Assembly: GCA_963809895.1 (NCBI GenBank)
Contig: CAWELD010000003.1
Coordinates: forward strand, 416,001-480,000
Source: an uncultured Gemmatimonadales bacterium
Lineage (GTDB): Bacteria > Gemmatimonadota > Gemmatimonadetes > Longimicrobiales > Gaopeijiaceae
Direction of reading: 5' to 3'
Length of the DNA: 64,000 nt
The position numbers were made by a program, and so were the translations under genes. Position 1 is the stretch's first letter. The number at the start of each line of letters is the position of its first letter. The notes under the pieces are model-generated. The model worked only from the letters and a program-made list of their open reading frames with translations. It did not search any database and was not told the origin of the DNA. Positions 26,979 to 36,967 of this stretch are shown here, piece by piece.

Positions 26979-26983
26979 CAGAC

Positions 26984-27083
26984 GTGCCCCAGGTCCGCAG
27001 GGCGGGAGCCCACCAACTCCGTCAGGACCTCGCCGGTAGCAGCGGTACGTGCGGTGAACGCAGCTGCGGGTCGCCTGGGGCAC
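26984..27083 (+). ncRNA. ffs: Small bacterial SRP RNA (4.5S)
   Basis: Terminal stem GTGCCCCAGG/CCTGGGGCAC; helix-8 motif CCGTCAGG-ACC-loop-GGT-AGCAGCGG; usual position upstream of dnaX-ybaB-recR. Confidence 0.9.
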
Positions 27084-27091
27084 ATTTCTAC

Positions 27092-27132
27092 AGCCTCCCG
27101 GGCCGGGCCAGTCGCCGTGCCCGGGGGGCTTT
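27092..27132 (+). terminator. Putative intrinsic terminator after ffs
   Basis: AGCCTCCCGGGC / GCCCGGGGGGCT stem followed by a short T run. Confidence 0.5.
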
Positions 27133-27224
27133 CGTGCCCTGGCACGGGCTGCTAGGCTAACCCCTCTGCGACGCTCCCGCGCCACGCGCGGGCGCCGCCT
27201 TCTTCAGCTGCCGGCCCGGAGTCC

Positions 27225-28931
27225 ATGGCGCACCAGGCACTGGCTCGCAAGTACCGTCCTCGCCGTTTCGCCGAGGTCGCGACCCAGGAGCACGTCTCCG
27301 AGACGTTGCGACGCGCGGTGGCCGGGGGGCGCGTGGGACACGCCTACCTCTTCTGCGGCCCCCGGGGCGTGGGTAAGACCACGCTCGCCCGCGTGTTGGC
27401 CATGGCCCTCAACTGCCCCGAGCGGGGCGACGACGGTGAGCCCTGCGGCGTATGCCCGTCCTGTCAGCGCATCTGGGGTGGGCACACCGCCCTGGACGTC
27501 GTGGAGATCGATGCCGCCTCCAACCGCGGGGTGGATGCCGCGCGCGACCTGCGGGAGCGTGCCATGTACGCGCCCTCCGAGGAGGGGCGCTACAAGGTCT
27601 ACATCGTCGATGAGGCCCACATGCTCACCCGGGAGGCGTGGAACGCCCTCCTCAAGGTTCTCGAGGAACCGCCGCCACGCGTGATCTTCGTTTTCGCCAC
27701 CACCGAGCCCCAGAAGATCCAGCAATCGGCGGCGCCCATCCTGTCTCGCTGCCAGCGCTTCGATCTGCGCCGCATCGGGGTCTCCGACATCAGCCAGCGT
27801 CTCCGGGAGGTCCTGGACGCCGAAGGGGCGTCGGCCCCCGACGAAGCGCTGCGACTCCTGGCCCGCAAGGCCGACGGCGGCATGCGCGACGGGCTCTCGC
27901 TCCTGGACCAGGTCCTGTCGCTCACCGGCGGTGAGATCAGCACCGAGGGCGTGCGTCAGGTGCTGGGGTTGGTCGAGGACGAGCGCTACGTCGAGCTGCT
28001 GGACCTCCTCCGCGACGGACGTCACGGCGACGTGTTCGGCTTCGTCGAGAGCCTGCTGGACGAAGGGTACGACCTGTCGGAGTTCTACCACGGTCTCGTG
28101 GACGTGCTGCGCACCCTTCTGCGCTTACGCCTCACCGACGCCGACAGCCTCCCCGAGCTCGCCGATCACATGCTGGCGACGTATCGCCAGCGGGCGAGCG
28201 AGTTCGAGGCCGGTGACCTGGTGCGCATGCTGGCCATGGCCTCGGAGCTGGAGAGCACCGGCAGCCTGAGGAGAAGCGGACACCCCCGGCTCCTGGTGGA
28301 GATGCTGCTGCTGCGCCTCAGCTACCTGGACCGCACCGTCGAGCTCGAGGAGCTGTTGGGCGCTCTGGGTGGCGCCCCCGCACCTGGTGGACTACCGCCC
28401 CGGCCGCCCCGGCCAGGGTCGTCGCCCGGAGAGAAGGCGTCGAACGCCGAAACGAAGTCCCCCGCCGGGCCGCCCGCGGCCGAGTCGTCTTCCGCTGCGC
28501 CGCCGCCGGCACCGGAGGCCTCGTCGTCGTCGGCTCCCGCCGCCGGGCCGCCGGATCTCACGACCGCCTGGTTCCGGGTCCTGGAGGCCGGCCAGGGCGT
28601 GCCTACGGGCATGTCCAGCTTCCTGCGCACCAGTCGTCCCCGCGACGCCGGCGAGGGGAAGGTGGCCCTCGAGCTTCCCGCCCCGGCAGCGGAGCGCTTC
28701 GGGGCCGTCGCGGGCGCCCGACACGCCCTTCAGGAGGCTCTGTCCCAGGCTCTGGGGCGCGCCGTGGAGCTCGAGATCACGGCGCTTTCCGACGCGCCGG
28801 AGCAGGGTCGGGACGGCCCCGCTCGCGTGACCCAGGACACCGTGCGCCAGGGCCGCCTTCGTGAGCTCGTCGAGAAGGAACCACTCCTGGAACGAGCGGT
28901 AGAAGAACTCGATCTCGAACTCCTCGAATGA
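27225..28931 (+). CDS. dnaX: DNA polymerase III subunit gamma/tau
   Basis: ALARKYRP, GPRGVGKTT, Cys4 zinc motif, EIDAASNRGVD, IVDEAHML, SRCQ. Confidence 0.98.
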   Translation: MAHQALARKYRPRRFAEVATQEHVSETLRRAVAGGRVGHAYLFCGPRGVGKTTLARVLAMALNCPERGDDGEPCGVCPSCQRIWGGHTALDVVEIDAASNRGVDAARDLRERAMYAPSEEGRYKVYIVDEAHMLTREAWNALLKVLEEPPPRVIFVFATTEPQKIQQSAAPILSRCQRFDLRRIGVSDISQRLREVLDAEGASAPDEALRLLARKADGGMRDGLSLLDQVLSLTGGEISTEGVRQVLGLVEDERYVELLDLLRDGRHGDVFGFVESLLDEGYDLSEFYHGLVDVLRTLLRLRLTDADSLPELADHMLATYRQRASEFEAGDLVRMLAMASELESTGSLRRSGHPRLLVEMLLLRLSYLDRTVELEELLGALGGAPAPGGLPPRPPRPGSSPGEKASNAETKSPAGPPAAESSSAAPPPAPEASSSSAPAAGPPDLTTAWFRVLEAGQGVPTGMSSFLRTSRPRDAGEGKVALELPAPAAERFGAVAGARHALQEALSQALGRAVELEITALSDAPEQGRDGPARVTQDTVRQGRLRELVEKEPLLERAVEELDLELLE

Positions 28932-28982
28932 GCCCAGCCTCCATCCGCCTCGCGGCGGTGCTCGCCCCTTCCGGATGACGTC

Positions 28983-29300
28983 ATGACCAACCTTCAGCAG
29001 CTCATGCAGATGGGCCAGCAGCTCCAGGCCCGCATGTCCCAGCTTCAGGAGTCCCTGGAGCGCCAGGCGGTGACGGCCACCGCGGGCGGCGGGATGGTCA
29101 CGGTCACGGCGGACGGCAAGGGTGAGGTGAAGAAGGTCAAGATCGACCCCACGTGTGTCGACCCTGCCGACGTGGAGATGCTCGAGGACCTGGTGCTGGC
29201 GGCCGTCAACCAGGCCCAGACCAAGGCCAAGGAGCTGTACGAGGCCGAGATGAAGAAGGCCACCGGAGGGCTGCCTCTTCAGCTCCCGGGCCTGTTCTGA
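28983..29300 (+). CDS. ybaB: YbaB/EbfC nucleoid-associated protein
   Basis: AGGGMVTV...IDP...DVEMLEDLVLAAVN; between dnaX and recR. Confidence 0.96.
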   Translation: MTNLQQLMQMGQQLQARMSQLQESLERQAVTATAGGGMVTVTADGKGEVKKVKIDPTCVDPADVEMLEDLVLAAVNQAQTKAKELYEAEMKKATGGLPLQLPGLF

Positions 29301-29323
29301 GCGGCGAGCGTCGCCCTCGATCC

Positions 29324-29932
29324 ATGTCCGTCATCGATCGGCTCACCGCGGAGCTGTCCCGGCTCCCGGGGGTCGGCCCGAAGACCGCCCTCCGTCTCGT
29401 GTACCACCTGATGAAGGGTTCGGCCGACGACGCGCGAAGACTGTCCGCGGCCATCCGGGACGTCGCGGATCGGGTCCATCCCTGCGAGCGTTGTGGTAAT
29501 TTTTCGGAGGAGCGTCTGTGCGCCGTGTGCTCAGACCCTCGACGTGACGGCTCTCTTCTATGCATCGTAGAAGAGGCGTATGAAGTAGGTGCCATCGAGC
29601 GAACGGGACATTTCCGGGGTCGCTACCACGTCCTGGGAGGTCACCTGTCGCCCCTGGACGGCATCGGGCCTGAGGAGTTGAGCATCGTGTCGCTGATGCG
29701 GCGCGTGGAAGCAGAGACGCCGGAGGACGGGAACGAGAGGGTCGCCGAGGTGATCCTGGCCACCAGCTCAGGGGTCGAGGGTGAAGCGACGGCGGTGTAC
29801 CTGGAGGGCCTGCTCCGCCAGCGGGGCCTGCGGGTGACCCGTCTCGCCCGGGGTATCCCGGTGGGAAGTGACCTGGAATACGTGGATGGCAGCACGCTCG
29901 CCGAGGCGTTGGCGGGCCGGCGAGAGATGTGA
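29324..29932 (+). CDS. recR: Recombination mediator RecR
   Basis: LPGVGPKTA.R, CERCGN...CAVC, YHVLGGHLSPLDG, EGEATA.Y, RGIPVG. Confidence 0.97.
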   Translation: MSVIDRLTAELSRLPGVGPKTALRLVYHLMKGSADDARRLSAAIRDVADRVHPCERCGNFSEERLCAVCSDPRRDGSLLCIVEEAYEVGAIERTGHFRGRYHVLGGHLSPLDGIGPEELSIVSLMRRVEAETPEDGNERVAEVILATSSGVEGEATAVYLEGLLRQRGLRVTRLARGIPVGSDLEYVDGSTLAEALAGRREM

Positions 29933-29940
29933 GGATACGG

Positions 29941-30243
29941 ATGAAGCGGAAGCTAAAGATCGTCAGCGTGACCCTGGTCGCCGCAGCCGCCGCCGGTGCA
30001 GTCGCGGCGCTGATCGTGCGTGATCAGATCTCCCGCCACCGGCGGAATCTCTTCAGCCCGCACGCGCTCCGGCGCCTGGCCGCGCTGGGTCACATGTCCC
30101 GGGCCGAGGCGTCCGTGGACCATATCACCCTGCTCCGGGACTTCATCGCATGGGAGCCCCGGAAGCTCCTGCGCAGTCGGGCGCGGGCGATCCTCGCGAG
30201 GATGGAAGAGGAAGCGGCGATTTCGACCGCCCACGTGGGGTGA
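29941..30243 (+). CDS. Small hypothetical protein (N-terminal TM, HEAT-like helices)
   Basis: Hydrophobic N-terminus then LFSPHALRRLAALGHM...LLRDFIAWE; in frame with an alternative GTG at 29929. Confidence 0.7.
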   Translation: MKRKLKIVSVTLVAAAAAGAVAALIVRDQISRHRRNLFSPHALRRLAALGHMSRAEASVDHITLLRDFIAWEPRKLLRSRARAILARMEEEAAISTAHVG

Positions 30244-30414
30244 CGGTCCACCTTGCCAGCCTGCGCGGATCCCCCGACTATTGGGGCCGCATGCGCCCTT
30301 GGGCGCGGTACCCCCTTCTGGAGTGCTTCGTGACGGCTCAGATTCCCGCGGCACCAGCGACCCCGGCGGCCTTCCCCGCCGTGCGCGCGCAGCGCGCGTA
30401 GGAGACCTCGACCC

Positions 30415-30993
30415 ATGTCGATGATCAACTACGCCAGCCGCGAGATCAACTGCAAAGTGGTCTACTACGGCACCGGCCTCGGGGGAAAGACCACCAACCT
30501 GGAGTACATCTATTCCAGGGTGAATCCCGAGACGAAGGGGAAGATGATCTCGTTGGCCACGGAGACGGAGCGCACGCTCTTCTTCGACTTCCTCCCCATC
30601 GACCTGGGCGAGATCCGCGGGTTCAAGACGCGCTTTCACCTGTACACGGTCCCCGGCCAGGTCTACTACAACGCATCCCGACGCCTCATTCTGAAGGGCG
30701 TGGACGGTATCGTGTTCGTCGCGGACTCGCAGCAGGAACGGGCCGAGGCCAACATCGAGTCCATGCACAATCTCTACGAGAACCTGGAGTCGTACGGGTA
30801 CGATCTCGGGTCCATTCCCTTCGCGATCCAGTACAACAAGCGGGACCTGTCCAACGCCATCGGCGTCGAGGAGATGCGAGCTCAGCTCAATCCCATGGGA
30901 GTGCCGGACTTCGAGGCCGTGGCTATCGAGGGGAAGGGGGTCTTCGAGACCCTCACGGCCGTGAGCAAGGCAGTCGTGAAGGCCCTGAGCTGA
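30415..30993 (+). CDS. mglA: MglA-family small GTPase
   Basis: [28 protein letters not shown]...[11 protein letters not shown]...[10 protein letters not shown]...QYNKRD. Confidence 0.95.
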   Translation: MSMINYASREINCKVVYYGTGLGGKTTNLEYIYSRVNPETKGKMISLATETERTLFFDFLPIDLGEIRGFKTRFHLYTVPGQVYYNASRRLILKGVDGIVFVADSQQERAEANIESMHNLYENLESYGYDLGSIPFAIQYNKRDLSNAIGVEEMRAQLNPMGVPDFEAVAIEGKGVFETLTAVSKAVVKALS

Positions 30994-31001
30994 GCCCGGC
31001 C

Positions 31002-31646
31002 GTGTCGGAGCGTCGCCTGACCCTCCCCAACATCATCACACTCTCGAGGATCGCGGTGTGCCCGGTCCTCTTCTTTCTGGCGATGGCGCCCGGCACCGGT
31101 GCCCGCCTGGGAGCTTTCGTCCTGTTCGTGGTGGCGGCGCTCAGCGACGTATGGGACGGCTATCTGGCGCGCAAGCACGGCTGGATCACCGACATGGGCA
31201 AGCTTCTGGATCCCATCGCGGACAAGCTGCTCCTGGCCGTCACCTTCATCCCGTTCTATCTGATCAGCCATCGACCCGGCACCGTCAACGACGTGCCGTT
31301 CTGGGGTCCTCTGCCCCTGTGGGTGGTGGTGGTGATCTTCGGACGCGAGCTCTTCATCACCCTCTTCCGCACCTGGGCGGCGCGACGCGGCGTGGTCATC
31401 GCCGCTGGTCGCTCGGGCAAGCACAAGGCGCTCCTGCAGAACCTGTTCATCGGGGGAATGCTGCTCTGGTTCCCCGTGGCCAGGGCGGCGGTGGATCGGG
31501 GTTGGGGAGGAGGGGGATGGGCGTGGTGGAGCGTGTTCCACCGGTCCTTCGTTGGCCTGACGCTGGCCCTCGCCGTACTCCTGACGATCTACTCCCTGAT
31601 CGACTACCTGTGGCGGTATCGCTCCCTCCTGGGCTTCCGCGCGTGA
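31002..31646 (+). CDS. pgsA: CDP-alcohol phosphatidyltransferase (PgsA-like)
   Basis: LPNIITLSRI...SDVWDGYLARK...GKLLDPIADKLL. Confidence 0.9.
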   Translation: MSERRLTLPNIITLSRIAVCPVLFFLAMAPGTGARLGAFVLFVVAALSDVWDGYLARKHGWITDMGKLLDPIADKLLLAVTFIPFYLISHRPGTVNDVPFWGPLPLWVVVVIFGRELFITLFRTWAARRGVVIAAGRSGKHKALLQNLFIGGMLLWFPVARAAVDRGWGGGGWAWWSVFHRSFVGLTLALAVLLTIYSLIDYLWRYRSLLGFRA

Positions 31647-31653
31647 GGCGTCG

Positions 31654-32925
31654 TTGAGCGGGGCGCCGCGCAGCGTGGTCGTGACCGTGGGTGACGAACT
31701 CCTGCTGGGCCGAACCGTGGACACCAACAGCGCCTGGCTGGGGGCCGCGCTGGCCGATCTGGGCGCGCCGGTCCTCGAGCGGGCCACGGTGGCGGACACC
31801 GACGACGCCATCCGGGACGCCGTGGTCCGCGCCATGGAGCGGGCGCCCCTGGTGGTGCTCACCGGAGGTCTGGGGCCCACCGACGACGACCGCACCCGCC
31901 CGGCCGTGGCGGGGCTGCTGGGCATCGACCTGGTGGTCGATCCCGACCTGTTGGCCGCTCTGGAGGCGAAGTATCTGCGTCGCGGCTACGACGCCCTCCC
32001 GCCGGCCAACGTGAGCCAGGCGCTGGTCCCGGCGGTGGGCAAGGCGCTGCCCAACCCGGCGGGCTCGGCACCGGGTCTGGTCTTCGAGGCACCGGGTGGT
32101 GGGCTGGTGATCCTGATGCCGGGACCGCCCCGGGAGCTGCGGGCCGTCTTTCCGCAAGCAGCCGAGGAGATTCGCCGACACTTCGGAGACCGGCTTCGCC
32201 CGGTGCGGACCCGCACCATCCACACCACCGGGATCGCCGAGTCGGTGCTGGCGCCCCGCGTCGAGGAGGCGCTGGGCGAGCCCGGTCGGCGTGAGGCGAC
32301 CGTCGCCTACCTTCCCGATCTGGTGGGGGTCGACGTGCGCCTCACCGTGCGCGACGTGGACGGCGAGGACGAGGCGCAGCGGCGCCTGGACCGGGCCGAA
32401 GAGCGCCTCGACGACGTGGTGGCCCGCTACCGTTTCGAGGCGCCGGGCACAGGAGACCTGAGCGAAGCCGTCTTCGAGGCGCTGGGCCGCCGAGGCCTCA
32501 CGCTGGCCACCGCCGAGAGCTGCACCGGGGGCCTGGTGGCGAAGCGCATCACCGACAATCCGGGATCGTCGCGAGTGTTCGTCGGTGGTGTGGTGACCTA
32601 CTCCAACGCGGCCAAGGAGAGGCTCCTCGGGGTCCCGGGCGAGAGCATCGCCTCACAGGGCGCGGTGTCGCGGGAGGTCGCCGAGGCCATGGCGAAGGGG
32701 TGCCGGGAGCGCCTCGGCGCAGACTGCGCCATCGCCATCACGGGCATCGCCGGGCCCGAGGGCGGCAGCGAGGACAAGCCGGTGGGCACGGTCTGGTGGG
32801 CGGTGGCGGTGAACGACCGCCTCGAGGCGCGGCGAGACGTCTTTCCCGGCGACCGGGAGGGCGTGCGGGCCCGTGCGGCCCAGGCCAGCCTCCATACCCT
32901 CCTGTGGATGCTGGGGGACGGATGA
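31654..32925 (+). CDS. cinA: Competence/damage-inducible protein A (CinA with PncC domain)
   Basis: VGDELLLGRTVDTN, GGLGPTDDD.T, AESCTGG, TYSN, ITGIAGP.G...KPVGTV. Confidence 0.95.
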   Translation: MSGAPRSVVVTVGDELLLGRTVDTNSAWLGAALADLGAPVLERATVADTDDAIRDAVVRAMERAPLVVLTGGLGPTDDDRTRPAVAGLLGIDLVVDPDLLAALEAKYLRRGYDALPPANVSQALVPAVGKALPNPAGSAPGLVFEAPGGGLVILMPGPPRELRAVFPQAAEEIRRHFGDRLRPVRTRTIHTTGIAESVLAPRVEEALGEPGRREATVAYLPDLVGVDVRLTVRDVDGEDEAQRRLDRAEERLDDVVARYRFEAPGTGDLSEAVFEALGRRGLTLATAESCTGGLVAKRITDNPGSSRVFVGGVVTYSNAAKERLLGVPGESIASQGAVSREVAEAMAKGCRERLGADCAIAITGIAGPEGGSEDKPVGTVWWAVAVNDRLEARRDVFPGDREGVRARAAQASLHTLLWMLGDG

Positions 32926-33824
32926 GCGGGCCCCGTGCCGGCCGGATCGACGTGGCGGACGGGGCGTCGCTGCGCACCCTGGCGTGGCCGGTGGACGAGG
33001 CCCGGGGCCGCGTGCTGGTGGTGCATGGCTTCAGCGAGCACGCCGGCCGCTACGACCTGCTGGCGGAGGCGCTCAATCGCCGGGGTTGGGGGGTGCTGGC
33101 GTACGATCAGCGCGGCCACGGCGATTCGGACGGGCGGCGGGGGGTGCTCGGTGACTTCGACCACTACCTGAACGACCTGGATGCCGTCCGAGGCCAGGCG
33201 GACCGGCTGTTGCCCGGCCCGGGGGACCCTTTCCTCCTCGGCCACTCGCTGGGCGGCCTCGTGGTCCTGCGTTACCTGCAGCGCCGCCGACCGCGGGTGC
33301 CAGGGGCGATCCTGTCGGCGCCCTGGTTGGCCACGGCCCTGCCGGTGCCACGCTGGAAGTCGCTCCTGGGCCGGGTGCTCCTGCGCGTGGCCCCCGATCT
33401 GACGCTCGCCAACGGCATCCACCCGGAGCGCCTGACCCGGGATCCGGCGCGGGCCCGGGCGTACGAGGAGGATCCCAGGGTGCACCACCGGGTCTCCGCG
33501 GGCCTTTTCCACCAGGTCCAGCAGGCCCAGGCCGCCGCCTCCCGCGAGGCGCCGCCCGCCGGTATCCCGCTGCTGCTCCTGTTGCCCGGCGACGACCAGG
33601 TTGCGGACGCGACGGTCGCCGCCAGCTGGGCCTCGGCGCACGCGTCCGCCGACCTCGAGACCGTGTGGTTGCGGGACCGGCGGCACGAACCCTTCAACGA
33701 CCTGGGGCGTGAAGAAGTGTTCCGGCTCCTGGACGACTGGTTGTCGCGGGTCCAGGGGGCTGAACCAGACTCCACCGAGAGGGTATCTTCAGGGAACCCC
33801 TCGACGGAATTCGACCGAGCCTGA
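32922..33824 (+). CDS. Alpha/beta hydrolase (lysophospholipase / monoacylglycerol lipase-like)
   Basis: VHGFSEHAGRY, DQRGHG.S, GHSLGG nucleophile elbow, D..V, HE. Confidence 0.9.
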   Translation: MSGPRAGRIDVADGASLRTLAWPVDEARGRVLVVHGFSEHAGRYDLLAEALNRRGWGVLAYDQRGHGDSDGRRGVLGDFDHYLNDLDAVRGQADRLLPGPGDPFLLGHSLGGLVVLRYLQRRRPRVPGAILSAPWLATALPVPRWKSLLGRVLLRVAPDLTLANGIHPERLTRDPARARAYEEDPRVHHRVSAGLFHQVQQAQAAASREAPPAGIPLLLLLPGDDQVADATVAASWASAHASADLETVWLRDRRHEPFNDLGREEVFRLLDDWLSRVQGAEPDSTERVSSGNPSTEFDRA

Positions 33825-33833
33825 ATCCGGACC

Positions 33834-34448
33834 ATGACCGAACGTATCGAGAGCGACCAAGAGCTTCAGGACCCCGAGAGCGCCGAGTCGCCCGACCCGG
33901 CCGATGACAGCCCCGAAGACGAAGGTGCCCGCCGGCATACGCCGGAGGAGGTCGAGGAGGCGCTGGCCGATGCCGAGCTGGGGTCGGAGCTCGACCACTT
34001 GCAGGCGGAGTTCGACACCCTCAACGACCGCCATCTCCGGCTCGCCGCGGAGTTCACCAACTATCGGCGCAGGGTCGAGAACGAGCGCCTGGAAGCCTGG
34101 GCTCGGGCCCAGGCGGACCTGCTGCGCCGCTTCCTCGATGTCCTGGACGACCTCCAGCGCGTGAGCGGTCTCGACCCGGCCGAGGAATCGGTCACCGTCG
34201 AGGCCATCGTGGAGGGGGTGGATCTGGTGGAGCGCAAGTTCCTGCGGGCGCTCCTGGACGCGGGCACCGAGATCGTGGACCCGGAAGACGGAGAGGCCTT
34301 CGACCCCGAGACCATGGAGGCCATGATGCGCGTGCAGGTGGAGGACCACGAGCACGACGACCACGTCGCTCAGGTGTTCCAGAAGGGCTACGTCTTCCAG
34401 GGGCATCTCGTGCGGCCCGCGCGGGTCAGCGTCTACAAGGCCGACTGA
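33834..34448 (+). CDS. grpE: Nucleotide exchange factor GrpE
   Basis: LRLAAEFTNYRRR, FDPETMEAM, QKGY....LVRPARVSV. Confidence 0.95.
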   Translation: MTERIESDQELQDPESAESPDPADDSPEDEGARRHTPEEVEEALADAELGSELDHLQAEFDTLNDRHLRLAAEFTNYRRRVENERLEAWARAQADLLRRFLDVLDDLQRVSGLDPAEESVTVEAIVEGVDLVERKFLRALLDAGTEIVDPEDGEAFDPETMEAMMRVQVEDHEHDDHVAQVFQKGYVFQGHLVRPARVSVYKAD

Positions 34449-34451
34449 GCG

Positions 34452-35573
<1,122 letters not shown>

Positions 35574-35586
35574 GACGACACCTGCC

Positions 35587-35820
35587 ATGACACGGACCAT
35601 CATCGATTCCGACCTGCGGCGCTGGGAGGTTTTCGCCAGCAGCGGCCCCCACGGGTTCCCCGATCCGGGATGCCTCGTCTTCCGATGCTCATCCGACCGC
35701 GACGAGCCGAGCCGTTCGTTGGTCTTCAAGGGTGATCGCACCGCCGCCGAGGAGGCGGTACTGCGCCTGCCGCCGGCCGACCTCAGGGCGTATCTGGAGA
35801 GCGCCCGACCGCTGAGCTGA
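35587..35820 (+). CDS. Small hypothetical protein
   Basis: 77-aa ORF right after dnaJ (WEVFAS...LVFRC); overlaps the 3' end of mnmA convergently by 38 bp. Confidence 0.65.
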   Translation: MTRTIIDSDLRRWEVFASSGPHGFPDPGCLVFRCSSDRDEPSRSLVFKGDRTAAEEAVLRLPPADLRAYLESARPLS

Positions 35821-36967
35821 GCGCCTCGGCCGGGCGTCGGGCCGTCCGGCGCGCCCGCACGATACGGCCGCCACCCAGGACCCGGTCGTCGCGGAACACC
35901 ACCGCCGACTGACCGGGGGTCACCGCCGCCCGCGGGACCGTGAGCGCGAGTCGCAGACGCCGCTCGTCGAGCTCCTCCACGACGGCGGGCGCTGCGCTGG
36001 CGCGGTGGCGGAGCTGCACCTGTACGGCGTCACCCGGCTCGGGTGGCGCGGCGAGCCAGCTGGTCTCCTCCACCTCTACCGTTTCGGCGTAGAGAGCCTC
36101 GCGGGGGCCCACCACGACCTCACGGGTCGCGGGCCGGATCTCCAGCACGAACATGCGCTCGTCGAACCCGCCGCCCAGCCCGCGCCGCTGCCCGACCGTG
36201 AACGCGGCGTAGCCATCGTGGGTCCCGACCCGGGTGCCGTCCAGCGTCACCAGGGGACCGGGCTCCAGCGCGCCGTGGCGGCTCGGGAGGCGCTCGCGCA
36301 GCAGGTCCCGGTAGTCGCCGGTGGGCACGAAGCAGATCTCCTGGGATTCCGGCTTGTCGGCCGTGACCAGTCCCAGCTCGCGGGCCCGGGCGCGCACCTC
36401 GGGCTTGGTCAGCTCACCCAGGGGAAAGAGGAGGCGGGGCAACAGCTCCGCGGGCAGCCCCCACAGGAAGTAGGCCTGGTCCTTGTCCCGGTCGGCTCCC
36501 CGGAAGAGGGCGCTCCCCTCGTTCGAGTGCTCCACGCGCACGTAATGCCCGGACGCGATCCCCCGGCACTCCAGGAGCTCGCCCCGGGCCATGAGGTCCT
36601 TGAACTTCGTGTAGGAGTTGCAGCGGACGCAGGGGTTGGGAGTGCGGCCGGCGGCGTACTCGGCGACGAAGTCGTCGATGACGTCGCGCGTGAAGTCCTC
36701 CTCCACGTCGAACACGTAGTGGGGGATTCCCAGGCGGTCCGCCACCCGGCGTGCGTCCACGATGCCGTCCAGCCCGCAGCAGGTCTTGCCGTGATCCACG
36801 GTGCCGCTGTAGCAGAAGGTCTTCATGGTGACCCCCACCACGTCGTAGCCCCGCTCCACCAGGAGGGCCGCGGCCACGGAGGAGTCCACACCCCCGGACA
36901 TGGCTACCAGAACCCGATCGCCGGGCCGGGGCGTGGCGCGCTCCAGCGGGGGCTCGGCCCTAGGCAT
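35783..36967 (-). CDS. mnmA: tRNA-specific 2-thiouridylase MnmA
   Basis: AMSGGVDSSV, GRTPNPCVRCN, SGHY, KDQAYFL, SQEICF, TVGQRRG, TPGQ. Confidence 0.97.
   Translation of the reverse strand: MPRAEPPLERATPRPGDRVLVAMSGGVDSSVAAALLVERGYDVVGVTMKTFCYSGTVDHGKTCCGLDGIVDARRVADRLGIPHYVFDVEEDFTRDVIDDFVAEYAAGRTPNPCVRCNSYTKFKDLMARGELLECRGIASGHYVRVEHSNEGSALFRGADRDKDQAYFLWGLPAELLPRLLFPLGELTKPEVRARARELGLVTADKPESQEICFVPTGDYRDLLRERLPSRHGALEPGPLVTLDGTRVGTHDGYAAFTVGQRRGLGGGFDERMFVLEIRPATREVVVGPREALYAETVEVEETSWLAAPPEPGDAVQVQLRHRASAAPAVVEELDERRLRLALTVPRAAVTPGQSAVVFRDDRVLGGGRIVRARRTARRPAEALSSAVGRSPDTP

Noticed and set aside
28380..28560. Programmed frameshift or repeat in dnaX
   Set aside because: No A-rich slippery heptamer seen; this is an ordinary Pro/Ala/Ser-rich linker.
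30291..30401. Short ORF upstream of mglA as an mglB remnant
   Set aside because: 36 aa with no resemblance to roadblock/LC7 sequences and no RBS.
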